Virus record (IMG/VR): IMGVR_UViG_3300031853_000021
Location: 14,689-78,688 of that record
Direction: 5' to 3' (one strand)
Length of the DNA stretch: 64,000 nt
Source of the DNA: a virus
Lineage: Duplodnaviria > Caudoviricetes
In this document: piece by piece, positions 34,760 to 43,056 of the stretch
Layout: each line of letters opens with the position of its first letter
Position numbering within the stretch: the stretch's first letter is position 1
Notes under the pieces: model-generated
Database searches by the model: none
Seen by the model: the letters and a program-made list of their open reading frames with translations, nothing else
What the model was told of the DNA's origin: nothing
Translations under genes and position numbers: made by a program

Positions 34760-35249
34760 CCTCTCCTTCTGCCACTTCCATCAGTTCGTTCTTCACGACT
34801 TGCAGGATCCCGTCGATGAAATCTTCGTGCCTGCTGTGATCCAGCAGTTTGTCGTGGATGTCCTTGTAGATCGGCTTCATCGCCGTCAGCAGAATGTAGA
34901 ACTGTACCACGCCGCCCAGCTGCGCGTTGTCCTTGATCTGCGGTTCGTTCGTCCCCTCCGGAATGTCGATCAGCATCTGGATGTGGTTCTTCTCTATGAA
35001 GTCGTCCATGATCTCCCCGAAGGTATCGATGTTAAGTTCTGCCATTTCGTCCCGTTCCTTTCCTTTGATCTCGATCCATATTCCTTTCACGCCGTCCATC
35101 TCATAGATGAATTCCGTCTCGTACCCCCCCCGACACAGATCTTCATGCACCTGTACGGCGTCGTCTGTATCGCGGCACTTGATCGTGTCGCCCGGCATCA
35201 GTTCGGCCTGCTTATGTGGCTGATTGCAGCCCTGGCTGTAGCATGACAT
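34734..35249 (-). CDS. Hypothetical protein
   Basis: GGAGG RBS; in operon. Confidence 0.55.
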   Translation of the reverse strand: MSCYSQGCNQPHKQAELMPGDTIKCRDTDDAVQVHEDLCRGGYETEFIYEMDGVKGIWIEIKGKERDEMAELNIDTFGEIMDDFIEKNHIQMLIDIPEGTNEPQIKDNAQLGGVVQFYILLTAMKPIYKDIHDKLLDHSRHEDFIDGILQVVKNELMEVAEGEGGKDDGKL

Positions 35250-35475
35250 TGTCGCGCCCTCCTTCCTTCTCTGCGATCAGGCTGTCCTGTATCATTCCGA
35301 TCTGCGCTTCCAGATCGACCTTTGCCTTGTCCAGCAGCACCACGGCCTTGATGACATCCGGTTCCGCCCACGCGATCCCGGACATGGCCTTCTTCGCGGC
35401 ATCGATTGCCGCTGCCTTTCTTGTCGTCCGCTCCGCTGCGATCACCAGATCTTCGAATGTGGTCGCCTTCTTCAT
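35212..35475 (-). CDS. Hypothetical protein
   Basis: In operon; helical. Confidence 0.55.
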   Translation of the reverse strand: MKKATTFEDLVIAAERTTRKAAAIDAAKKAMSGIAWAEPDVIKAVVLLDKAKVDLEAQIGMIQDSLIAEKEGGRDNVMLQPGLQSAT

Positions 35476-35780
35476 GACGCTTCACCGCCTTCCGGACTGA
35501 TCTGGATGTCCAGCGTGTCCACTTCCGGATTCCGCTGCACCTTCACGCCCTTCGCTTCCAGCGCCTGCGTCCATGCTTCTTTCACTTCCGGATCACAGTG
35601 TTCCATCGCATCCGCCCACGAAGGGAAGCGCCCGTGCTGGTCGTAGAACTTGTATTGATACGTCAGGCTGTCCCGGTTGTGCGGCATCCGCGGATCGTGC
35701 TTCACGGCGCACATCGGACAGGTTCCTTCCGGCGTGCGTCCCAGCATCATGATCCCGTGCTTTTCCTGTAAGAATCCCAT
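35472..35780 (-). CDS. Hypothetical protein with Cys/His motif
   Basis: CPMCAVKH...PH...YQYKFY...WADAMEHC. Confidence 0.65.
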   Translation of the reverse strand: MGFLQEKHGIMMLGRTPEGTCPMCAVKHDPRMPHNRDSLTYQYKFYDQHGRFPSWADAMEHCDPEVKEAWTQALEAKGVKVQRNPEVDTLDIQISPEGGEAS

Positions 35781-35794
35781 GCGTCCCGCTCCCT

Positions 35795-36250
35795 TCATTC
35801 GATTTCATACGTCGTCCGGACGACTTCGTTTTCGATGATGTACATGATGTTCGTGATGCTCTGATCTTCGTTTTCATCCGTATGATCCAGAATGTCGACC
35901 GCCACGATGTAGATTTCTTCCGGCGTCGGTTCCTTCTGTTTCACATAGTTCAGCATCTTCGTGTATGCCCGCGTGTCGCCGCGCGTGTAGAAGTTGTGAT
36001 TGATGCACATGTGCATGATGTCTTCCATGTCCCACCGTCTGATCACTTTGATCTTCGGTGCTTCCGTCGTTCTCTTTGTGTAGATAGCCATTTCTTCGTC
36101 CACTCCTTTGAATAGCTGCCCTGTAAATCCGCCGCCCTTGTACACCGTGCAGACCAGCTTCCCGTCCTCGATGTGGAATCTGAACGCCGGGATCCTGATC
36201 TGCGGGATCTGTATCTTCGGGATCGGCGGGATCGTGGGCTGTCTGATCAT
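35795..36250 (-). CDS. Hypothetical protein with Ile-Pro-rich N-terminus
   Basis: PTIPPIPKIQIPQIRIP; start overlaps the upstream stop codon. Confidence 0.55.
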   Translation of the reverse strand: MIRQPTIPPIPKIQIPQIRIPAFRFHIEDGKLVCTVYKGGGFTGQLFKGVDEEMAIYTKRTTEAPKIKVIRRWDMEDIMHMCINHNFYTRGDTRAYTKMLNYVKQKEPTPEEIYIVAVDILDHTDENEDQSITNIMYIIENEVVRTTYEIE

Positions 36251-36480
36251 ATGCCTGCGACCTCTCCGACGATGTCGCTGATGTTGTCCAGGTCGTCCGC
36301 TGCGTTTTCCAGATCTCCGATGAATCCTTCCATCTCTTCGCCGCGTTCAGATCCCTGAAGCGATTCCGGCATATTGTCGAAGGCTTCCTGTTCTTCTTCC
36401 TTGACCTCTTCGATGATCTCTTTCGCGGATGCGATCATGTCGACCGCTTCCGCCAGTCTCTTCCGCCTTGCTGCATTCAT
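36247..36480 (-). CDS. Hypothetical acidic protein
   Basis: MNAARRKRL...EEEQEAFDNMPESLQGSERG; AAAGGAGG RBS. Confidence 0.65.
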   Translation of the reverse strand: MNAARRKRLAEAVDMIASAKEIIEEVKEEEQEAFDNMPESLQGSERGEEMEGFIGDLENAADDLDNISDIVGEVAGI

Positions 36481-36493
36481 GCCCGTCCCTCCT

Positions 36494-36871
36494 TTAGAAC
36501 ACGTCGTCTTCCATGATCGCGACATCCCAGATCACGATGTCTTCATATGCGCCCGTCTGAAGCATCGGCTTCGTGATGTTCAGCTGCGCCATCTTCAGCG
36601 CCTGGTCGATCGTGTCTGCCGCGATCGTTGCTTCTGCTTCCTGCACGCTTCCGTTTCTGTACAGCATCGAATAGCTGATCTTCCAGTGCTTCGTGTTCAG
36701 GCTGTCCGCCAGTGCCTGCGCTTCTTCATCCGTTTCGAAGAAGCCCGGCTTGTACTCTCTGTTCCCTGCGTGATCCGGTTCCGTGACATCCAGCTGTCTG
36801 TAGACCTGAATCAGCTTTTCGCCGCCTGCGTAGTTATGTGATACTTTCCATTTGCCTTTCATTTCGTCCAT
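36494..36871 (-). CDS. Hypothetical protein
   Basis: AAAGGA RBS; in operon. Confidence 0.55.
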   Translation of the reverse strand: MDEMKGKWKVSHNYAGGEKLIQVYRQLDVTEPDHAGNREYKPGFFETDEEAQALADSLNTKHWKISYSMLYRNGSVQEAEATIAADTIDQALKMAQLNITKPMLQTGAYEDIVIWDVAIMEDDVF

Positions 36872-36920
36872 CCTTTCATGATTCAGCCTGCGCCGCTGCC
36901 GACGCAGGCCGTGTCGATCG

Positions 36921-37082
36921 TCATGCAGTCTTCACTTTTAGCTGATCGCGCATGATCTGCATTCCGATCATGATTCCTTTGACTTCTCTTTTCTCTTCTG
37001 CGGTCAGTCTCTTCAGCAGTTCCACGAACTCCTTCACATCGGCCTGCTGGTTCTCGACTTCCCTGTTCTTTTCTGCTGTCAT
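36921..37082 (-). CDS. Small early protein (53 aa), absent from ORF track
   Basis: MTAEKNREVENQQADVKEFVELLKRLTAEEKREVKGIMIGM...; AAAGGAG RBS. Confidence 0.6.
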   Translation of the reverse strand: MTAEKNREVENQQADVKEFVELLKRLTAEEKREVKGIMIGMQIMRDQLKVKTA

Positions 37083-37099
37083 CTCCTTCACTCCTTTCT

Positions 37100-37372
37100 T
37101 TAGATCGTTGCGATGATCATCACCAGCAGCATCACGATCGCCAATCCCATGACGATGTGTTCCATCACTGTCAGGCTGTCCGATTCCATGATGTCGTCAT
37201 CGTCATCGATCAGCATGTTCGCCGCTTCGTTGATCTCTTCTGTTACGACCGCGATTTCTTCCGGCGTCAGCTGCATGGATTCAAACACGATCGCGCATCT
37301 GTTCTTCGCAGTGTCGATCCGGTCGCGGTCTGTCATCGGCTGCGGCTCCTGCCGCGCTTCCAGAACTGTCAT
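37100..37372 (-). CDS. First early gene: acidic protein with C-terminal TM helix
   Basis: AAAGGAAGG RBS; DDDDD run; hydrophobic C-terminus. Confidence 0.55.
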   Translation of the reverse strand: MTVLEARQEPQPMTDRDRIDTAKNRCAIVFESMQLTPEEIAVVTEEINEAANMLIDDDDDIMESDSLTVMEHIVMGLAIVMLLVMIIATI

Positions 37373-37411
37373 CTGATCACCTTCCTTTCCTTTCCTGAAT
37401 CGAATTTTCAT

Positions 37412-37488
37412 TTGATCCTGTCAATATAATACTTGATTGAATCAAGTTTGTCAACCACTTCAGCATATAAAACTTGACTGAATCAATT
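37412..37488. promoter_or_regulatory. Three operator-like TTGA-N5-TCAA sites
   Basis: 37412-37424; perfect 17-bp palindrome ACTTGATTGAATCAAGT at 37431-37447; 37472-37488. Confidence 0.75.
37426..37454 (-). promoter_or_regulatory. Early (lytic) promoter
   Basis: TTGACA-17bp-TATTAT; the perfect operator covers the spacer. Confidence 0.8.
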
Positions 37489-37502
37489 TTTTAATGTAGG
37501 AT
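37474..37502 (+). promoter_or_regulatory. Repressor promoter
   Basis: TTGACT-17bp-TAGGAT; an operator overlaps the -35. Confidence 0.6.
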
Positions 37503-37527
37503 ATAATTCAGGAAGGAGGAACGGCGC

Positions 37528-38007
37528 ATGAACAGCAGATTAAAAGACATTCGGAAGGCTCTTCGCCTTACGCAAAAAGAATTCGCTGCACGATTAGGAA
37601 TCACCGACAGCGGGATTTCCAGACTTGAAAAAGGACAGAACCAGCTGACGGATCAGCTGATCCGCGCGATCTGCCGCGAATACAAAGTGAACTATGAATA
37701 TCTGAAGAACGGCATCGGCGAAATGTTTTCGGATGTGCCGCAGACAGTCGTCGATGAACTGTGTGAACAGTACGATCTGGATGACTTCGATCGGATCATG
37801 CTTCAGGAATATCTGAAGATGGACGAAGCGTCCCGGAATGTTCTGAAGACTTACATCCGGAAGATCTGCGGGCAGATCTCCGAAGCCGAAGACACGCAGG
37901 CGAAGATCGACGCTGAAGTCGAAGCGTACCGGCAGGAACTGGAACTTGAAGCAAGTCAGGCGGAAAAATCATCAGCTTCCGACACGCCTGCCGAAAATAT
38001 GGCATAA
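37528..38007 (+). CDS. XRE-family HTH phage repressor (CI-like)
   Basis: RLKDIRKALRLTQKEFAARLGITDSGISRLEKG; divergent from early operon; AGGAGG RBS. Confidence 0.9.
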   Translation: MNSRLKDIRKALRLTQKEFAARLGITDSGISRLEKGQNQLTDQLIRAICREYKVNYEYLKNGIGEMFSDVPQTVVDELCEQYDLDDFDRIMLQEYLKMDEASRNVLKTYIRKICGQISEAEDTQAKIDAEVEAYRQELELEASQAEKSSASDTPAENMA

Positions 38008-38033
38008 AAATAAGCCCGTCAAGATGACGGGCT
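38005..38033 (-). terminator. Hairpin with U-tract on the minus strand
   Basis: AGCCCGTCA-AGA-TGACGGGCT preceded by AAAAATA on the plus strand. Confidence 0.55.
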
Positions 38034-38039
38034 GGAAGG

Positions 38040-38378
38040 ATGGACACTATGGCATTATTTGAAAGTAAAGAAAGCAAAGAAGAAAAGAAAGCGCGGAAGA
38101 TCGCCGAAGCTGAACAGAAGCAGGCCGAAAAAGACTTCGCACTTCTTCAGAAGTACGGCCTTACAGGTCTTCAGGATCCTGAAGACATCCAGTCCGTGCG
38201 GAACATTGTCAGCGAACTGCGCGGAACCGGCCTGATGGAATTAGGCATCACGTTCGGCGGCGGCAACGACCGCGACATCCAGAAGAATCAGCTGTACTAC
38301 CAGCGCGCGATCCTTGAACAGAACTTCATCATCATTCGTCAGCTTGACAGGATTTCGAAGCTGCTGTCCGATCGCTGA
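38040..38378 (+). CDS. Lysogeny-module hypothetical protein
   Basis: Between repressor and integrase, co-oriented. Confidence 0.7.
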   Translation: MDTMALFESKESKEEKKARKIAEAEQKQAEKDFALLQKYGLTGLQDPEDIQSVRNIVSELRGTGLMELGITFGGGNDRDIQKNQLYYQRAILEQNFIIIRQLDRISKLLSDR

Positions 38379-38387
38379 TCGTAAAGC

Positions 38388-38470
38388 AAAAATAAAAGGA
38401 TCAGCTGTTCCCGCAGCTGATCCCCTGATTTCCCTATCCGCACCGCTTCGTGGTAGAAATAGGCTTCGCA
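38388..38470 (-). ncRNA. Candidate antisense sRNA (about 80 nt) upstream of integrase
   Basis: Extended -10 TG-A-TAGAAT at 38477-38485; first hairpin; terminator GGATCAGCTG/CAGCTGATCC + TTTTATTTTT. Confidence 0.5.
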
Positions 38471-38533
38471 CCTCTCATTCTATCACGGAACCGTGCGACT
38501 GCATAGGTTTCTTTTTTATACTCTTTTTTAGGA

Positions 38534-39940
38534 ATGGAAGGTGATCTGATGTATATGACACAGTCAGCCCCGGAACTGTACGGCGTCCGCGTCGTCAAAT
38601 ACATCCGGTGCAGCCACGACGATCAGGTTCTTCACGGCGACACGCTGGAAGCGCAGAACGAAATACTGGACGACTTCATCGCCCGGAATCACTGCGTCCT
38701 GATCGACACGTTCATCGACGAAGCACTGACCGCCCGGAAGAAATACACGAACCGGAAGGAATTCGTCCGGCTCCTTGACGGCGTCCGGCGGCATGACTTC
38801 GACGTGATCCTGTTCACGAAGCTGGATCGCTGGTTCAGGAATATCGGCGACTATCACAAAATACAGGAAGTTCTGGAAGCGAACGGCGTCCAATGGAAGG
38901 CCGTGACGGAATCGTACGACACGACCACGACGAACGGCAGGCTGCACATCAACATTCGTCTGTCCGTGGCACAGGATGAATGTGATCGTGACAGCGACCG
39001 CATCAAGGACGTGTTCGCGTTCAAGCTGAAGAACAAGTCCTTCGTGACCGGATCCGTCCCGCGCGGTCTGATGCTCGACGCCGAAAAACATGTCGTCCCC
39101 GATCCGGAATGGAAGCAGTTCGCGCTGGATGCCTTCGACATGCTGGAAGTGACCGGATCCGTCCGGAAGTCCCTTTTCGCTCTACAGGAACGGTACAGCT
39201 GCATCTATTCGTACAGCAGCTTCATCCGGATGCTGAAGAATCCGCTGTACAAGGGAATGTATCGTGACGATCCGCAGTTCTGCGATCCTCTGATAGATCC
39301 GGATCGCTTCGACCACATCCAGACGCTGATCAAGAAAAACGTGCGCCAGCGCCGAAGCGGAACGCAGTTCATCTTCAGCGGTCTTTTGACCTGTGACGTC
39401 TGCGGTCGCTCTATCGCAGGATATACGACAGGCCGTCGCCGGAAGGATGGATCCATTACCCGGAAGCCGCGGTACAGATGCACAGCGTGGAACATGAACC
39501 ACAGCTGCACGAATAACAAGTCGTGGATGGAAGAAGTCCTTGAAGATCGCGTCCTGGCTCTTGTTCGCCCGTCCCTCTCCGCATACATCGCGGACTATGA
39601 TGTGGAAGACGGCGGCGGTCGCGGCAGGAATCCGGCAGCTGATGCCGCCCGGATCCGGACGAAGCTGAAGAAGCTGTACGACCTGTTCATGGACGATCTG
39701 ATCGACCGCGATCTGTACAAGTCCGAATACGATCAGCTGAATGCGCAGCTTCAGGAAGCGCTGACTGCTGCCGATCATCCCCGGAAGGACGTCAGCGAAC
39801 TGAAGAAGTTCCTGTCGCAGCCGTGGGAAGATGTGTACAAGGACTTTTCCGTGCAAGAAAAAAATGCGTTCTGGAAGTCCTTCGTGGACACCATGCGCAT
39901 TCGTGAAGACGGCAGCATCGCCGACATTATTTTTTTATGA
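38534..39940 (+). CDS. Large serine recombinase (integrase)
   Basis: YIRCS catalytic motif, TKLDRWFRN, recombinase domain, zinc ribbon CDVCG...YRC...C, coiled coil. Confidence 0.93.
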   Translation: MEGDLMYMTQSAPELYGVRVVKYIRCSHDDQVLHGDTLEAQNEILDDFIARNHCVLIDTFIDEALTARKKYTNRKEFVRLLDGVRRHDFDVILFTKLDRWFRNIGDYHKIQEVLEANGVQWKAVTESYDTTTTNGRLHINIRLSVAQDECDRDSDRIKDVFAFKLKNKSFVTGSVPRGLMLDAEKHVVPDPEWKQFALDAFDMLEVTGSVRKSLFALQERYSCIYSYSSFIRMLKNPLYKGMYRDDPQFCDPLIDPDRFDHIQTLIKKNVRQRRSGTQFIFSGLLTCDVCGRSIAGYTTGRRRKDGSITRKPRYRCTAWNMNHSCTNNKSWMEEVLEDRVLALVRPSLSAYIADYDVEDGGGRGRNPAADAARIRTKLKKLYDLFMDDLIDRDLYKSEYDQLNAQLQEALTAADHPRKDVSELKKFLSQPWEDVYKDFSVQEKNAFWKSFVDTMRIREDGSIADIIFL

Positions 39941-39944
39941 TAAT

Positions 39945-39994
39945 GATGCACCTAATTCAGCGTTGCCCGAAGGTGACGCCGAATTAGGTACATC
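39945..39994. other. 50-bp imperfect palindrome: attP-like site and/or terminator
   Basis: 23-bp arms (4 transition mismatches) around CGAA, 4 bp after the integrase stop; followed by T6. Confidence 0.55.
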
Positions 39995-40001
39995 TTTTTT
40001 C

Positions 40002-40457
40002 TTATTCCGGGATGAACTCCACGTCGCCCGGCCTGCCGCTGACGAAATATCCGTCCGCTGTCTGGTACAGGACGCCGTCCGGCGTTGTGAACTTCTTCAC
40101 AGCCTTCTTCACATCGAAGGCCGTCACGCCGCAGATCGCGCTGTCATCGAAGGAAGGTTCGCGGCGCAGACGCAGCTTCCCGTCGAATACGCGGCGGATC
40201 GTTCCCTTCACGTCCTCTTCCTTCACTTCGGCCTGCTCCTGCTGCTGGTCGCCCTCCTGCTCCTGCACGGCTTCGTCTGCCGCTTCCGCCTGCTCCTCCT
40301 GCTGCTGATCCTCTTCCGGATCCGCGACAGGCTCCGGATAGATCTGCGCAGCATCTTCATCATACACGTTCAGGCCGTTCTTGTCTGCTGCCTTCTTCGC
40401 GCCTTCCAGCGTCTTGTATTCCTTCGCACTCTCGAAGTCTGTTCCTGCATAATACAT
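40002..40457 (-). CDS. Conserved lysis-module protein, putative non-catalytic cell-wall-binding protein
   Basis: Homologue of 2766-3266. Confidence 0.6.
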   Translation of the reverse strand: MYYAGTDFESAKEYKTLEGAKKAADKNGLNVYDEDAAQIYPEPVADPEEDQQQEEQAEAADEAVQEQEGDQQQEQAEVKEEDVKGTIRRVFDGKLRLRREPSFDDSAICGVTAFDVKKAVKKFTTPDGVLYQTADGYFVSGRPGDVEFIPE

Positions 40458-40485
40458 TCGATCATCTCCTTCCCGTTCTTCCTGA

Positions 40486-41943
40486 TCATACCTTCTTCAG
40501 GTATGCGGAAGAACTGAATCCTGTATATGTCACGCCATTCAGTTCGAACTGAATGTACAGCCACTTCACGCCGTTCGCCGTGCTGTAGTATCCATAGCAG
40601 TGAACCTTCGTTCCGGCAGGCATACAGCACAGCGCCTTCTTGTTTGTTCCGGCATCGTTTCGACAGTACAGATCCGCCGTCGCTGTATATGCCCCGGGCA
40701 GTCTGGCGTCCTTCCCGCGCGCGTAACACGTGGATGTGACTTCCTTCTTTCCGGATGTCTGCTTCGCCGGTTCCTGCTTCTTCGCGGTCGTGCCGTTCAG
40801 GATCTCGTTCACCCTCTTCTGCACTGCTGCCGGATCGTAGCCCTTCGCCTTCAGGTTCGCCACTCTGTCGGATCCGTTGCCCCACAGTCCAGTGATGACT
40901 TCGCGGGCGATCGTGTCGACGCTCTTTCCGGCCTTGCGCTGATCGCTTTCCGCCTTCACTGTGTTGTCTGTATAGTGCGGCGTGATGAATCCGCGGATGA
41001 ATCTTCCGTTGATGCTGACCGTGCGCTTCTTCACGCTGTCGGAATAGTTTCCTTCAGTGACGACGAAGTACCCGGCGGATCTGTTCACATAGGTCACTGT
41101 GCCGATGTGATCCGGCGCGCCGTGGTTGTCTCCTGATCCGGAATCCTCCCAGTCGTACAGAACAGCGTCGCCGATGTTCGGAACGTAGTCGTCCGCTTCC
41201 TGCCAGCATCCCATCTTCTTCGCTTCTTCGATGATGTAATAGCAGCTGATTTCGACGGGCATCACTGCCGTGTATCCCAGCTTCTTCGCGATCGCCGACC
41301 ATGTAGCCGCGCACCACGGCCACGAATACAGCATCTTTGTCCCGCGCGGGAACGGTTCTTTGCTATTGTAAATGTCGATGATCACCTTGAAGGATCCGTC
41401 CGATTCCTTCAGGCCGACCCATGCTTCCGCCTGATCAGCGACTTTCTGTCTTGAATATCCCACTTTGACATCTTCCTTTCCTGCGTTTTTGTCGTACTGC
41501 GTCAGGTTGTACTGCCTGACCAGCTTCATCAGATTGTCGACGTACGTGCTGGATGTCGCATAGCCGTCGGCCTTGATGTTTTCCAGGTACTGCTGCGGAT
41601 CCGTGACGCCGCGCAGATTCCTGTATCTGTCCAGCTGAATGAATTCGAAGTATCCGCGCACGCCCTCTTCCATGCTGTCATACACGCGGAAGTTGTCGCG
41701 GATCTGCGTGTGCACGCCCGGCGTGTACTCTTCGCTGGTCTTCATGTTCACCGGCTTCCCTGTCCACCTTGTTCCGCACTTCAGTCCGAAATAGTTATGA
41801 TACAGGGAAGCAAGTTTCGATTCGCCCCATCCGGATTCAAGGATCGCCTGCGCGATGATCGGCGAATGCACCATGATCCCGTACACGTAGGCGTACTTCT
41901 CGACATATCCCGCGATCCGCTCGATGAACTCTGTCTTCTTCAT
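40486..41943 (-). CDS. Endolysin: GH73 glucosaminidase + CHAP + Cpl-7 + SH3-like domain
   Basis: AQAILESGWG...NYFGLK...GYAT; WCAATWS...DHIG...EGN; IAREVITGLWGNG; C-terminal YCRNDAG...WLYI. Confidence 0.88.
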   Translation of the reverse strand: MKKTEFIERIAGYVEKYAYVYGIMVHSPIIAQAILESGWGESKLASLYHNYFGLKCGTRWTGKPVNMKTSEEYTPGVHTQIRDNFRVYDSMEEGVRGYFEFIQLDRYRNLRGVTDPQQYLENIKADGYATSSTYVDNLMKLVRQYNLTQYDKNAGKEDVKVGYSRQKVADQAEAWVGLKESDGSFKVIIDIYNSKEPFPRGTKMLYSWPWCAATWSAIAKKLGYTAVMPVEISCYYIIEEAKKMGCWQEADDYVPNIGDAVLYDWEDSGSGDNHGAPDHIGTVTYVNRSAGYFVVTEGNYSDSVKKRTVSINGRFIRGFITPHYTDNTVKAESDQRKAGKSVDTIAREVITGLWGNGSDRVANLKAKGYDPAAVQKRVNEILNGTTAKKQEPAKQTSGKKEVTSTCYARGKDARLPGAYTATADLYCRNDAGTNKKALCCMPAGTKVHCYGYYSTANGVKWLYIQFELNGVTYTGFSSSAYLKKV

Positions 41944-41961
41944 GCCTGCTTCCCTCCTTCC

Positions 41962-42213
41962 TTAGTTCGGTTCGTCGTAAAGCATCGCCCGGTCAGAATC
42001 TGACACGCCCTTCGTTGTGGGATCCACGGTCACGCCCAGGATGACCAGCACAGCGAAGACTGCTTCGACGATCTGGATCAGCTGCGTGCCGACCGCTTCC
42101 GTCTCGATCTGGAAGCCGAACAGCGCCGCCACAGCTTTGATCAGCGTCAGAACGGCGGGGATGATCGCCAGCCAGAACACTTTATTCTTGATTCTCACTT
42201 TCCAGTTGATCAT
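41962..42213 (-). CDS. Phage holin (phiLC3-like)
   Basis: Homologue of 3299-3550. Confidence 0.85.
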   Translation of the reverse strand: MINWKVRIKNKVFWLAIIPAVLTLIKAVAALFGFQIETEAVGTQLIQIVEAVFAVLVILGVTVDPTTKGVSDSDRAMLYDEPN

Positions 42214-42277
42214 GTTGTTTTCTCCTTCCTGGCATACGGAAGGACGCCTTCACGCCCTTCCGCGCTCGATTCTTTGT

Positions 42278-42607
42278 TTAGTGTGTTTCGTGTGTCACCG
42301 CATCCGGCGACAGCTGAAGAAGTGCTTCCATCCTGTCCACACGTTTGTGCAGGGATTTCAGGCTTTCTTCGTTCCTGATAGTCCGTTCGTTCATCTTCTC
42401 CATTTCAAGTTTCTGCGACTTGATGTCCTGCTTCACTTCCAGCAGTGTGTTCTGAACGACTTCCAGTTTCATCATGACGGCGGATTCCTGCTTTCCTGCT
42501 TCCTCCGCATCCTTGCGATCCGTTTTCCCGTTCGCGCGGATTCCGCTGTAGATCGAAAATGCAAGCGCCAGAACAGAAAGTAGAACCGTAGCCCACTGTG
42601 GTGTCAT
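42278..42607 (-). CDS. Membrane-anchored coiled-coil lysis-module protein (XhlA-like)
   Basis: Homologue of 3611-3940. Confidence 0.6.
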   Translation of the reverse strand: MTPQWATVLLSVLALAFSIYSGIRANGKTDRKDAEEAGKQESAVMMKLEVVQNTLLEVKQDIKSQKLEMEKMNERTIRNEESLKSLHKRVDRMEALLQLSPDAVTHETH

Positions 42608-42611
42608 TCCG

Positions 42612-42863
42612 TCATAACCTCCTTAGTTTGTATTCTATTCTGTCCAGCTGCCTGTCCGCGTCCTCCCGCGCTGCGCGCAGTTCTTCCCGGACAGCTTCTT
42701 CCATTTTCGTCCGCTCTATCATTTCAGCCTGTTTCCGGATGATCTGCGCCATCGTCTCCGTGACTGTGCACATCATGTCGACGACTTCCAGCAGGCCGCC
42801 GGATCCACCTTCCCACGGTGGCGCGTCCCTCGCTTCGTTCATGCGTCCCCGTCCTTTCTTCAC
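42612..42863 (-). CDS. Conserved hypothetical phage protein
   Basis: Homologue of 3944-4195. Confidence 0.7.
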   Translation of the reverse strand: MKKGRGRMNEARDAPPWEGGSGGLLEVVDMMCTVTETMAQIIRKQAEMIERTKMEEAVREELRAAREDADRQLDRIEYKLRRL

Positions 42864-42997
42864 TCTTCATCAATGATCAGTTCTTCCATTCCGCTTTCGA
42901 TCAGGATTTCTTTGACCTGGTCTTTCAGCAGACGCGGAACCTGTGCATAGGTCTTCTTTCCCAGAATGATCTTCTGTGCCCACAGCATAGCCATCAT
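42860..42997 (-). CDS. Small CD1375/XkdX-like protein
   Basis: MMAMLWAQKIILGKKTYAQVP. Confidence 0.7.
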   Translation of the reverse strand: MMAMLWAQKIILGKKTYAQVPRLLKDQVKEILIESGMEELIIDEE

Positions 42998-43056
42998 CGT
43001 GTCGCCCTCCTTTCCGTAAAGTATTTGCAATAACGCCCGCCGGATGATCTCCCCGA

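Noticed and set aside
35124-35131. C8/G8 homopolymer as a phase-variation switch, possibly fusing two small genes
   Set aside because: A single 8-nt run in a GC-rich genome; no second allele in the window to support it
36180-36250. Periodic GGGATC motifs as iterons
   Set aside because: Explained by Ile-Pro repeats at the N-terminus of the encoded protein
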